Sequence record: OM728297.1
Direction: 5' to 3' (one strand)
DNA length: 64,000 nucleotides
Part shown: positions 20,115 to 28,658 of the stretch, one piece after another
How positions within the stretch are numbered: the first letter of the stretch is position 1
Layout: each line of letters starts with the position of its first letter
The notes under the pieces: model-generated
What the model saw: only the letters and a program-made list of their open reading frames with translations
Told to the model about the DNA's origin: nothing
The model's database searches: none
Made by a program: the position numbers and the translations under genes

Positions 20115-20840
20115 ATGCATCATTCTTTATTCCAAATAAAATCTAAAGAAAATAATAAGATTTATAATGTACTAAAGATCATCAAGAATCAATACATAGT
20201 TATGGAAGTTAGCCTATCAAATATTAATGATATAAGTATGAATTATTTTAAAAAATTTATTGATTTAATAGATTATTTAGGTATTGAAAATATATCTAAA
20301 TTGGATAACGATAATGGATTAGTGTTTATTCAAGAGATAATCAATAATAACTATTTTAAAGTCATTAATAAAGGAGACTATTCCTATATTACTTTGCCTT
20401 TTATTAATGAATTGGAAGTTGTAATGTATAAGCTGTTATCTACAAATAAGAATATAAAAGATCCAAGTAGTTATACTATAAATAGATTTCAAGTTAATAA
20501 AAATCCTAAACAAACAGCAATTCAAGGAGTATTATCATGTGAATTATATTCTTTTAATGAGAAAGTAAGTGAGATAGTCGTTCATATTGAAATGAGAGAT
20601 CTAAGAAAAGAAAATAGGGAGTTATTTAATGATATTAAACGGTTAATTTTATTTACAGAAAGAAAATTGAATTATAGATTAACAGAAATGAGCCTAGAAA
20701 TTATGCTAGGTTCATTTCTAACTACCATTTCTAAAAATAATAATCGTCTTGAGTTTAGGGATATTATTGATACTATATTTCTTGAAGTAAAAGGTGCTAC
20801 TTCTACACAGTTTAATAGTATATTGCCTATTTCAAAATAA
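20115..20840 (+). CDS. Hypothetical early protein
   Basis: 241 aa, RBS AAGGAG. Confidence 0.65.
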   Translation: MHHSLFQIKSKENNKIYNVLKIIKNQYIVMEVSLSNINDISMNYFKKFIDLIDYLGIENISKLDNDNGLVFIQEIINNNYFKVINKGDYSYITLPFINELEVVMYKLLSTNKNIKDPSSYTINRFQVNKNPKQTAIQGVLSCELYSFNEKVSEIVVHIEMRDLRKENRELFNDIKRLILFTERKLNYRLTEMSLEIMLGSFLTTISKNNNRLEFRDIIDTIFLEVKGATSTQFNSILPISK

Positions 20841-20856
20841 TATTGGAGGAATAAAA

Positions 20857-21579
20857 ATGTTTAGAGGAAATGTATTTTTAACTGATATTTTATATGTAAA
20901 ACATACAGGTTATGAAGAAAAAATTGAATATCATTTCAAAGAAAATGAGTCAATTTTTGATTTTGCTCGTATACTACCTATGACTGTAATTGTTGAAAGA
21001 GCTACTAATGTTTTAATTCGTCATGAAGTAAAAGATGGTTTTATTTATATTCCATCAGTTATAAAAGAACAGAATAATATATTTGATCTATCTAAATATG
21101 AGCTATTTAATATTCCATTGAATGACAAAAAATTAGATATAGAAATACCTAGCTATACAATGATCGACAGTTCAAGGGTTAAAAAGAATGGAATAAAACT
21201 CATTGAAAAAGTCACTAAACAGATTTTTTCTAATAGAAATAATTATATAAGTAATGAAGAGTTAAAAGTCATCTTAGACGGAATTAAACAGGAAGAATTT
21301 AATCGTATATGCAATTTCTCTAATGAAGAGAGTCGTTATGAATTAATATTTGGTAGTTTAAAGTCTACAACTGGAAAAGATGAATATATTAACATGAAAA
21401 GTAGTTTTGGAAACTTTATTTTCCCATCTATTGATAAAGAAACTATTAATATTATTAAAAAAGAATTTTCTAATAAAATTTTAATAATAGATAGCGAAAG
21501 AATTAATAAAGTAATCAATAATATAATAGACTTTAAACTACTTATCAATTTAAAAAAACAAATAAATAGCTCCCTTTAG
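20857..21579 (+). CDS. Hypothetical early protein
   Basis: Start moved to ATG 20857 (RBS GGAGG). Confidence 0.6.
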   Translation: MFRGNVFLTDILYVKHTGYEEKIEYHFKENESIFDFARILPMTVIVERATNVLIRHEVKDGFIYIPSVIKEQNNIFDLSKYELFNIPLNDKKLDIEIPSYTMIDSSRVKKNGIKLIEKVTKQIFSNRNNYISNEELKVILDGIKQEEFNRICNFSNEESRYELIFGSLKSTTGKDEYINMKSSFGNFIFPSIDKETINIIKKEFSNKILIIDSERINKVINNIIDFKLLINLKKQINSSL

Positions 21580-21627
21580 GGAGTTATTTTTTTTTATATT
21601 TTTTAAGTAAAATTAAAATATTATAAC

Positions 21628-21640
21628 AAATATATATTAT
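21628..21640 (+). promoter_or_regulatory. Early-type promoter motif AAATATATATTAT
   Basis: Exact 13-mer upstream of 21664. Confidence 0.7.
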
Positions 21641-21663
21641 ATAATTGATGGAGGTTTAAGAAA

Positions 21664-22044
21664 ATGAGTGAAGAAAAAGTTTTAGAAAATCAAGAAGAAG
21701 TAGTAGAAAAAGAGGAAGTTGGAGAAAGTGAACAACCTCAATTAGAAGGTGATATTGTACAATTTACAGTTGGAATTAATTCTAATCAAATGTATAATGT
21801 TAGATCAACAGTTGAAACTGGATTAGACCTAAGAGAATATATGCAAGCTATCGCAACTATTAAACTTAATACAATTATTAGCATCTTAAGTGGAAATGAA
21901 AAGAAATATGATAATTTGAAAATTTTTAAAGAATTTGAGAAAGAAACTTTATCAATGGCTATTGATAAAATCTTGGAAGGTTTCTCTGAAAAAGAAATTT
22001 CTGATATTGAGAAAAACCAAATTAAAAAATTATTTGCTGAATAA
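21664..22044 (+). CDS. Hypothetical acidic early protein
   Basis: 126 aa, RBS GGAGG, Glu-rich N-terminus. Confidence 0.65.
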   Translation: MSEEKVLENQEEVVEKEEVGESEQPQLEGDIVQFTVGINSNQMYNVRSTVETGLDLREYMQAIATIKLNTIISILSGNEKKYDNLKIFKEFEKETLSMAIDKILEGFSEKEISDIEKNQIKKLFAE

Positions 22045-22050
22045 TATAAT

Positions 22051-22084
22051 ATATCAAGTATGAACAATTGTTCATACTTGATAT
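22051..22084. repeat. Perfect 34-bp palindrome
   Basis: ATATCAAGTATGAACAA|TTGTTCATACTTGATAT, no spacer. Confidence 0.9.
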
Positions 22085-22224
22085 TAATTAAACCTCCATT
22101 AAAATAAGTATAGTGGATATACTTATTTTATCTTTGTTAATTTCCAATACATCTGTCACTAATTATCTAAAATTTTTAGTAAATTAGTAACAAAAGATTG
22201 ACTTATACTCAGGAGGTTAACATA

Positions 22225-22746
22225 ATGAAAAAGAGATTATTAGTTATTGCTGGACCATCAGGCTGTGGAAAGAATTATATCACTGATTTATTAATTGGTA
22301 CTTATCCAGAATTATTTCAACAGCTTCCACAATATACTACTAGGGAGAAGAGAACACCAGATGAGAATACTTATCACTTTATTAGTAAGTCTCATTATGA
22401 TGTAATTGAACATGCATTAATTGCTAAAACTGAAATTAATGGATATCATTACGGGACAGTTCCAAGCTTTGAAGAAAATAAAATCGGTATTATTATTGCT
22501 AATAAAAAAGGAATTGAGAGTTTGAGAGAATACCTTTCTAATAACACTGATAATGTAGAGGTATTTTATTTGGGAATTGATTCGGAGCAACCAAAAGAGA
22601 GAGATGAAAGAACTAAAGAATATGTCGCAAATGAAAGAAAAGAATTAAAACCAATTATTAATGATTGGTTAGTCAATATTCCACCCTATAATTATATTAC
22701 TGCGGAAGATGTTTATCAATACTTAGAGAATAAAAAGTTTATTTAA
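22225..22746 (+). CDS. gmk: Guanylate-kinase-like nucleoside monophosphate kinase
   Basis: GPSGCGK P-loop, YTTREKR, YHFIS, EINGYHYGT; start moved to ATG 22225 (RBS AGGAGG); substrate not established. Confidence 0.75.
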   Translation: MKKRLLVIAGPSGCGKNYITDLLIGTYPELFQQLPQYTTREKRTPDENTYHFISKSHYDVIEHALIAKTEINGYHYGTVPSFEENKIGIIIANKKGIESLREYLSNNTDNVEVFYLGIDSEQPKERDERTKEYVANERKELKPIINDWLVNIPPYNYITAEDVYQYLENKKFI

Positions 22747-22813
22747 ACATAAACAATCGATTATAGGTTTATTCCTATAATCGATTTAGTTTGTCATAGG
22801 GGGAGGTTGAATT

Positions 22814-23581
22814 ATGACAAACAATTTATACCAAAAACATAATTATCTAAATAAAAGAATTAGTTATCTCAAGAATAATATTATAAGAGAATATGATATG
22901 ACCAATGCTGGCGTCAATATTCTACGGAAAAATAATGTTATTACAGAAGAAGAATATCGACATTTAAATTCAATGGAAAAATTAAAAAAGAATAAAACAG
23001 TTGGCTTGTTCTTAAAAAAGAATCCTGATATTAGTGAAGCATTGATCAATGAGTTTGTTTTAATTAGGAAAGAGTTATTTGAGAAGAATAATATTGATGA
23101 TGATGATATCTTATCAATTAAAAAAGATGCAGTTTTTATCATTAATAAAAAGTTAACCAATTTAGAATTAAACGAATATTATAAATTCCAAGAAAAGAAT
23201 AGGTATATTAGTTATATTAATATTGATAATAAAGAGTTTTATTATAAATCAGATAGAACTCTAGATATTAAGGGTTATAGTAAGGAAATAAAGGAATTCC
23301 ATAAGGATTACTTATTTAAAGATTTAGAAGAACTTCTTTTCCTAGATACACATAATGAAGAAAATGCACTATTTGAGAAATTAATACAACTTAAATATAA
23401 TTTCGTAACCAGAGAATTACCTTATCAGTACTATCTAGATTTAATTTATGGTAAATATTTATATGGTATTTTAAATCATATGTATTACTTGGACGAAATA
23501 ACAGAAGATTTAAAAAAATATGTTCTAATCAATAACAACCTTAATTTCTTACTTAGAGTGATAAATATTCTATTAAAATGA
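22814..23581 (+). CDS. Small putative DNA-polymerase palm-like protein
   Basis: REYDMTNAG (motif A-like) and SIKKDAVFI (motif C-like). Confidence 0.45.
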   Translation: MTNNLYQKHNYLNKRISYLKNNIIREYDMTNAGVNILRKNNVITEEEYRHLNSMEKLKKNKTVGLFLKKNPDISEALINEFVLIRKELFEKNNIDDDDILSIKKDAVFIINKKLTNLELNEYYKFQEKNRYISYINIDNKEFYYKSDRTLDIKGYSKEIKEFHKDYLFKDLEELLFLDTHNEENALFEKLIQLKYNFVTRELPYQYYLDLIYGKYLYGILNHMYYLDEITEDLKKYVLINNNLNFLLRVINILLK

Positions 23582-23615
23582 TTAAAACAGTAGAGTTTCA
23601 GTCTACTGTTTTAAT
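23581..23615. terminator. Bidirectional terminator between convergent genes
   Basis: 14-bp stem ATTAAAACAGTAGA/TCTACTGTTTTAAT. Confidence 0.75.
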
Positions 23616-23622
23616 CGTTATA

Positions 23623-24081
23623 TTATTTTACTTTTTTTATAGTTGTTCTATTAAGTTCCACTGTAATCTCAGCAATTCGATTATATACCAAAACAGTAAC
23701 AAAATCAGTTAAATCCCGAATATAGACACTTAAACTTTCTTTATAAGGTTCTGATAGTTGTTGCATTACACTATGAGTAGTCTCAGCAGTTATTTTTATA
23801 AGAATATCATCATTTAATAAAGATAGACTAGTAGATCTTCTTTGATATGGAATTAATTTCAAATCTCTAGATTTGTTACAAAAATAATCTACTAAAAACA
23901 TTAGATATTTAGTATCTGACTCAAAATCTTTATTAGCTAATTTTTTTTCTATGTTCCCATTAATAGAATTTAATCCCTTACTTTTATCTAAAGTACCTAC
24001 AATCTTGATCATAAATTTAGCGAAAAAAAGAATAACAAAAAGGTTTAATAGTACAATTAAAGCAATTAATAGTTCCATTGA
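23623..24081 (-). CDS. Membrane-anchored hypothetical protein
   Basis: Start moved to ATG 24081 (RBS GGAGG); N-terminal TM helix. Confidence 0.6.
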   Translation of the reverse strand, partial: SMELLIALIVLLNLFVILFFAKFMIKIVGTLDKSKGLNSINGNIEKKLANKDFESDTKYLMFLVDYFCNKSRDLKLIPYQRRSTSLSLLNDDILIKITAETTHSVMQQLSEPYKESLSVYIRDLTDFVTVLVYNRIAEITVELNRTTIKKVK

Positions 24082-24119
24082 TATTCCTCCTATAAAAAAA
24101 GAAGGACTCAATGTCCTTC

Positions 24120-24653
24120 TTATTCTCCATTTCTTATTTTTAAAGCACGTTCTTTATATTCAACAGCAAGACTATCTGCCATTTCTTGGTAGTAAGTATA
24201 TGGATCATCTTTTAATGTAATGTTCTTTCCTTTGTGACCTCTTAACCAATTAAACTGTAATATGATACGTTTCCTAGCAAAATAAATTTTATATTCATTT
24301 AATAATTTCCATAAATCTAGATTTTTTATTTCCCCAGAAGAATTTCTCCATCCATTTTTAATCCATTTATTTAATCTATCTCTAGCCCCTAGTATAGTAT
24401 ATTCTGAATCTGATATAATTTCAATGACTCCTATTTCATTAGGATTCTTTTCAACAAAATCTTTCATTTCTTTTAACCCTAAAATTACACCCATTAATTC
24501 ATTATAATTATTTGTTGATTTATCAAAAGCTTTTAATCGTTTACCTATTAATTGAAATTCTTCATTTACAAATAATGTTGCACATGTACCAAGAGCATCT
24601 GGTTTACCATTATGAAATGAAGCGGCATCTGAGAAAATATAAATCTTTTTCAT
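24120..24653 (-). CDS. rnhA: Ribonuclease HI
   Basis: IFSDAAS, TNNYNEL, ISDSEY, NGWRNS, KNLDLW, WLRGH, EMADSLA. Confidence 0.92.
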   Translation of the reverse strand: MKKIYIFSDAASFHNGKPDALGTCATLFVNEEFQLIGKRLKAFDKSTNNYNELMGVILGLKEMKDFVEKNPNEIGVIEIISDSEYTILGARDRLNKWIKNGWRNSSGEIKNLDLWKLLNEYKIYFARKRIILQFNWLRGHKGKNITLKDDPYTYYQEMADSLAVEYKERALKIRNGE

Positions 24654-24688
24654 ATGAATCTCCTCCTAAAAAATATGTATTCATTATA

Positions 24689-24701
24689 ATAATATATATT
24701 T
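24689..24701 (-). promoter_or_regulatory. Early-type promoter motif AAATATATATTAT
   Basis: Exact 13-mer upstream of rnhA. Confidence 0.7.
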
Positions 24702-24736
24702 GAAACATGTATATGTTATTAATAATAATTAAAATA

Positions 24737-24748
24737 AACAATATAATA
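24737..24748 (+). promoter_or_regulatory. Late-type promoter AACA-N6-TA
   Basis: AACA ATATAA TA upstream of 24780. Confidence 0.5.
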
Positions 24749-24779
24749 TTTCATAATACTATAAGGATGGTGAGAAAAA

Positions 24780-25484
24780 ATGTTAGTACCAAAGATGAAT
24801 AATCCAAGTCTTATAAATGAAGATGAGTCTTATGAAGTTGTAATTGATTCTATTGATGATCGTGCAGACTTTTTTAATTTTGAAATTACTTCTAATGAGA
24901 AGGAAAGACTAAAATTTATCAAACGAATTGAAAAGATAATTAGACGTTCATTTGAATATAAAACTTATATTGGCTTTTTAAAAAATGAACTAGATTTGAC
25001 AAAATGTACTTTCCTTCCAATGGTAGATACAAAGGAAATTAAAAAAGTTGGTTTAGAATTCCATCACTACCCTTTTACTCTTTTTGATATTGTAAGCATA
25101 GTACTAGATGAACATATTCTTGTTAATGGAGAAAAAAGAATTAATCCATTTGATATTGCTGAAGAAGTCATGGAATTACATTATCAGAATTATATAGGGT
25201 TAGTTCCACTTACAAAAACTGTTCATGAGCTAGTACACTCTGGAAAGATTTTTGTAAACCTTAACTATGTATTTGGTAACTATACAAAGTTTATTAATAA
25301 GTATGAGTCAGCTAATACTGAAAATTTCCAAGTATTATTAGGTAATTTAGAACAGCTTAGTCAGAAAGAAGATAGAGAAGGAAGTATTAATGGTGATATC
25401 CTAGACAAGAGTCTATTAAAACTTAATATTAAAGATATTGAAAATCCTAATAAGATTGAAGTAGAAGATGAACTTCTTGCATAA
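24780..25484 (+). CDS. Degenerate HNH/His-Me finger-like protein, paralog of 36960-37625
   Basis: LEFHHYPFT ... IGLVPLTKTVHELVH. Confidence 0.55.
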   Translation: MLVPKMNNPSLINEDESYEVVIDSIDDRADFFNFEITSNEKERLKFIKRIEKIIRRSFEYKTYIGFLKNELDLTKCTFLPMVDTKEIKKVGLEFHHYPFTLFDIVSIVLDEHILVNGEKRINPFDIAEEVMELHYQNYIGLVPLTKTVHELVHSGKIFVNLNYVFGNYTKFINKYESANTENFQVLLGNLEQLSQKEDREGSINGDILDKSLLKLNIKDIENPNKIEVEDELLA

Positions 25485-25543
25485 ATATTAAGTTTTAAAA
25501 AATTTATTTCTCTTTTTTATTTTAAAAATTACCCTGCATTTCA

Positions 25544-25555
25544 AACAATTTAATA
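25544..25555 (+). promoter_or_regulatory. Late-type promoter for predicted ncRNA
   Basis: AACA ATTTAA TA; predicted +1 (25555) is one base before the first stem. Confidence 0.6.
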
Positions 25556-25811
25556 CGTGTGAGAGTAGCATCCTTTCACGATGTTCACACGGAAGGAGAT
25601 AGTGAGAGGTCTCCTTCTTACTCAACTGTTCGCAATGTGATTTCTCCATTTAGTACTCTGTGCATACCTCTATAGGTAAACTATGGGATGATCTTTGTCA
25701 TTGGTTTTTGTTTCACCTCCGCATTAGTCACTGAGAGGTTTACCGATCCTCTTGGTGACAATGTGACTGTTCTAGTTGTTAATGTTGGTGCAATTCCAAC
25801 AACAGTCACCA
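25555..25811 (+). ncRNA. Structured non-coding RNA with 3' tRNA-like minihelix and encoded CCA
   Basis: No ORF of 60 aa or more, visibly GC-richer than flanks; stems 25556-62/25585-91, 25592-600/25609-17, 25665-69/25674-78, 25727-38/25748-59; acceptor GACTGTT/AACAGTC, T-arm GTTGG-TGCAATT-CCAAC, then ACCA. Confidence 0.7.
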
Positions 25812-25945
25812 AATCTAAAATATAAAATTAGCTTTTCATTGGCGGAAAACACTTTTTTATATTTAAGAAAATATAACCATCAAACGTTTCTATTCCCTAT
25901 TAATAGTTAGATGATAACGATCTTTCTATTACATCCAATCCGATA

Positions 25946-26015
25946 CTCCTTCTAATTTTTATTGGTCTAATCAATTCTGTTCGCCATTGATTTAACTAAT
26001 AAGATTTAGAAGGGG
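25946..26015 (+). other. Long imperfect hairpin in leader of 26041 gene
   Basis: CTCCTTCTAA/TTAGAAGGGG, TTTTATTGGT/ACTAATAAGA, AATCAAT/ATTGATT; G-U wobbles favour + strand RNA. Confidence 0.55.
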
Positions 26016-26040
26016 TAAATTATTGAAAGGAATGATTTAA

Positions 26041-26400
26041 ATGAATATAGTACTTGAAGCTTTGCTTCTAAAAAAGTATGAAAAAGAAATTGATGCATTA
26101 CATACACATTTAAAAGCTGAAATAGAAAGAGCTATTAATATTTATAAAAATTTAGCTATTGAAGAACTCTTAGATTATAATAAAAATTATGAACTACAAG
26201 AAGAATTCTCTTCTCCGTTTAAAAGCAAGTGGATTAAGAGTATTGAATATCTTACACATTTAAAAAGATCTATGAATCTTGGTCAATTTAATATTCTTAA
26301 AGCAGATTTAGATGAGTTAGATAACCATCTTTCCCATCCAAAATTAAATAGAGACAAGACTATTATTCGTTCTTTAATTGATGAAATATTAAAATTTTAA
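26041..26400 (+). CDS. Hypothetical protein
   Basis: 119 aa, RBS GAAAGGA. Confidence 0.6.
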   Translation: MNIVLEALLLKKYEKEIDALHTHLKAEIERAINIYKNLAIEELLDYNKNYELQEEFSSPFKSKWIKSIEYLTHLKRSMNLGQFNILKADLDELDNHLSHPKLNRDKTIIRSLIDEILKF

Positions 26401-26434
26401 TTTCATCATTTTTTATAAAAATAATCTTACATTT

Positions 26435-26446
26435 AACATATAAATA
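26435..26446 (+). promoter_or_regulatory. Late-type promoter upstream of tRNA
   Basis: AACA TATAAA TA, about 30 nt before tRNA. Confidence 0.5.
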
Positions 26447-26476
26447 TGGAATAAATTTTACTCTTCTAGATTTTAT

Positions 26477-26548
26477 TCCCCTTTAGCTCAATGGTAGAGC
26501 ATCTCACTGTTAATGAGATGGTTGCAAGTTCGAGTCTTGCAGGGGGAG
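26477..26548 (+). tRNA. tRNA-Asn(GTT), CCA not encoded
   Basis: TCCCCTT/AGGGGGA acceptor, GCTC/GAGC D-arm, TCTCA-CTGTTAA-TGAGA, GCAAG-TTCGAGT-CTTGC, G73. Confidence 0.95.
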
Positions 26549-26591
26549 TAAAGTCTAGAAGGGTTTTTACTGCCTATTTAGGAGGTCTATA

Positions 26592-26729
26592 ATGTTTAAC
26601 TTCTTAATAATCTTATTTGATATATTTATAATATTATGTATGTTACCGTTTCTATTTATATTTAATTCAATGGGAAAAATAATCCTGCTAAAAAATAGGG
26701 AGAAGAATATAGATGTTAAAAAAGATTAG
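26592..26729 (+). CDS. Small membrane protein (45 aa, not in ORF track)
   Basis: RBS AGGAGG, hydrophobic N-half. Confidence 0.5.
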   Translation: MFNFLIILFDIFIILCMLPFLFIFNSMGKIILLKNREKNIDVKKD

Positions 26730-27048
26730 ATATTTTATTAAATCAGATGTAGAGTTACATTGTCGTAATATTTGGGAAGATGGAGTTAAAAGGATTGATG
26801 GTTTTAATTTTATAAGTAAGAAACCATTTTCTAATAGTTATCAGTATCATGCACCTCTAACTCTTGAATGTACCTATAGAATGTTAAAACTGATTCAAAG
26901 ATCTATAAAAGAAAATAAGAGATCATTAACTTTTAAAATTAATCATGGTATGTCATGTAGTGAATCTATTACTATATGGAAAGGTAGTTTTAAAAAAGCT
27001 GAAAAATTAATGTTTGATTTAATAGAAAATATTCAAAAACAATATTAA
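26713..27048 (+). CDS. Hypothetical protein
   Basis: 111 aa, RBS AGGGAG. Confidence 0.6.
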   Translation: MLKKIRYFIKSDVELHCRNIWEDGVKRIDGFNFISKKPFSNSYQYHAPLTLECTYRMLKLIQRSIKENKRSLTFKINHGMSCSESITIWKGSFKKAEKLMFDLIENIQKQY

Positions 27049-27125
27049 TTTTCAAATTAAAAACTAAAATAAGTAAACTAGATATTAGATAATCTAGTTT
27101 ACTTATTAAATAATGGAGTGATATT

Positions 27126-27362
27126 ATGAAAGAAAAAGTTAAAGAATATGTTAAACAAGAATTAGACAAGCTATTAAATGGAGAAGCAAAAGAAATTAAT
27201 TTAAGTGGTGTTTATCCACAAGCGCTATATGAGATACTGGGAGATTTTGAAATATCTGAAATGGAAACTAACGGTTGGCAAGCTGATTATTGGATTACTA
27301 CAGAAAAATATGAAATTGAAGGTTCAATGTTCTATGGTAATGCAAAAATTACATTAGTATAA
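27126..27362 (+). CDS. Hypothetical protein
   Basis: 78 aa, RBS GGAGTGA. Confidence 0.6.
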   Translation: MKEKVKEYVKQELDKLLNGEAKEINLSGVYPQALYEILGDFEISEMETNGWQADYWITTEKYEIEGSMFYGNAKITLV

Positions 27363-27388
27363 TTTGACTTAAATTTGGAGGAGTATAA

Positions 27389-28159
27389 ATGTCAATGTTA
27401 ACGGTTAAACAGAGAATCGGAAATCTACATGATAATATCAATAATGCAAGAAGTAATATAGTAAGTCTCTCAGACAATATTAATGAAATTAAAGAAATCT
27501 ACAAGGAAATAAATTCTTCTAAATCATTTTTACAAGATGTTGAACAATTATTGGCTACAAAATATAATAATGAGATTAAGAAGATTTTAGAAAGTATTTT
27601 TGATAATAAAACTTTAACAGGTTTCCATGAAAATACTGAAACTAATGTAGTTAATGTAAGTCTAAATTTATTTGATAAAATAACAAAAGATGTTGATGAA
27701 GAATTTTTTGATATTAATATATTGGAAATTTTATCTTCACAGAGAATTGAGATTGATTTTGATTCTAGAATTATTGAGAATGTTTCAATGAAATCAACTT
27801 TGGAATTCATATCTAGTATTATTAGACAGAAGATAGAATCAAAAGAAGTATTAAATATTAGACTAAATCATAATTTAAAACGACTGGATAAGAGTATTAA
27901 GATCACAAAAAAATCAAGAGAAATCAATCAAGAATCTAAGAATAAAATAAATGAGCAAATTATTGCCAATGAAATTTATACTACAAAGGCGAATAACTTT
28001 ATTAAAGAGCCAAAGTTAAATATTTATATCCAAAAACTAGAGAAAGAGATAGAATCTAGTATGGAAAAAATGAAGAACTACTTAGATAGTTATTTTGGAA
28101 TTGAATTTTTTATTCAAAGTAAAAATAATAGATTAAGTGAGTCATTATCCTCTAATTAG
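27389..28159 (+). CDS. Hypothetical coiled-coil protein
   Basis: 256 aa, RBS GGAGGAG, heptad-like termini. Confidence 0.6.
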   Translation: MSMLTVKQRIGNLHDNINNARSNIVSLSDNINEIKEIYKEINSSKSFLQDVEQLLATKYNNEIKKILESIFDNKTLTGFHENTETNVVNVSLNLFDKITKDVDEEFFDINILEILSSQRIEIDFDSRIIENVSMKSTLEFISSIIRQKIESKEVLNIRLNHNLKRLDKSIKITKKSREINQESKNKINEQIIANEIYTTKANNFIKEPKLNIYIQKLEKEIESSMEKMKNYLDSYFGIEFFIQSKNNRLSESLSSN

Positions 28160-28164
28160 TTTAT

Positions 28165-28176
28165 AACAATAAATTA
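28165..28176 (+). promoter_or_regulatory. Late-type promoter upstream of holin
   Basis: AACA ATAAAT TA. Confidence 0.5.
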
Positions 28177-28198
28177 AATAAATAAAGGAGGGTTATTA

Positions 28199-28618
28199 AT
28201 GACACCTGAACTTATGAATTTAATTTATTGTGTTATTCTAGCAGTAGTTGTATTAGCTGGAGGTTTTGGAGTTAGTGTCTTCCTAAAAAGACATAAAGAA
28301 CTAGCTCCAGTCCTTCAAGAAGTAACTAATGCTCTCCCAACTGTATTAGGGGTACTAAAGGCTATTGTGACTAAGGGTGTTTCACAACATCCTGCGGCTC
28401 ATGCTTTTGATGTTTTACAAAAAGTGGCTGAAGTTGCCGCTAAAGGTGTAGAGCAAGTGAGTCAAGGTACAGAGTTGCAATCTGAAGAAAAATTAAAGTT
28501 GGCTAAAGAAAACTTCCATGCTATTGCTGAAGGTGTTGGTCTTAAGCCATCTGAACTTGATGAGAAGGCTGTTGAAACTCTCATTGAGAATGTAGTATTT
28601 CATTTCAACAAAAAATAA
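28199..28618 (+). CDS. Holin (LL-H-like)
   Basis: One N-terminal TM helix; AAKGVEQ...EEKLKLA...LIENVV pattern. Confidence 0.65.
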   Translation: MTPELMNLIYCVILAVVVLAGGFGVSVFLKRHKELAPVLQEVTNALPTVLGVLKAIVTKGVSQHPAAHAFDVLQKVAEVAAKGVEQVSQGTELQSEEKLKLAKENFHAIAEGVGLKPSELDEKAVETLIENVVFHFNKK

Positions 28619-28658
28619 TAAATTGCTCCTATAATCCTAAAAGATTATAGGAGTTTTT

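Noticed and set aside
22045-22197. Replication origin at the palindrome cluster
   Set aside because: No iterons or other support; terminator or RNA-structure explanations are simpler
25681-25720. Minus-strand GGAGGTGA followed by ATG (MTKIIP*)
   Set aside because: 14-nt spacing and only 6 codons; structure evidence favours a + strand RNA
25555-25811. tmRNA or true tRNA interpretation of the ncRNA
   Set aside because: No G3:U70, no GGATTCGAC-type 5' loop, acceptor 5' strand is local rather than at the RNA 5' end, and there is no D or anticodon arm
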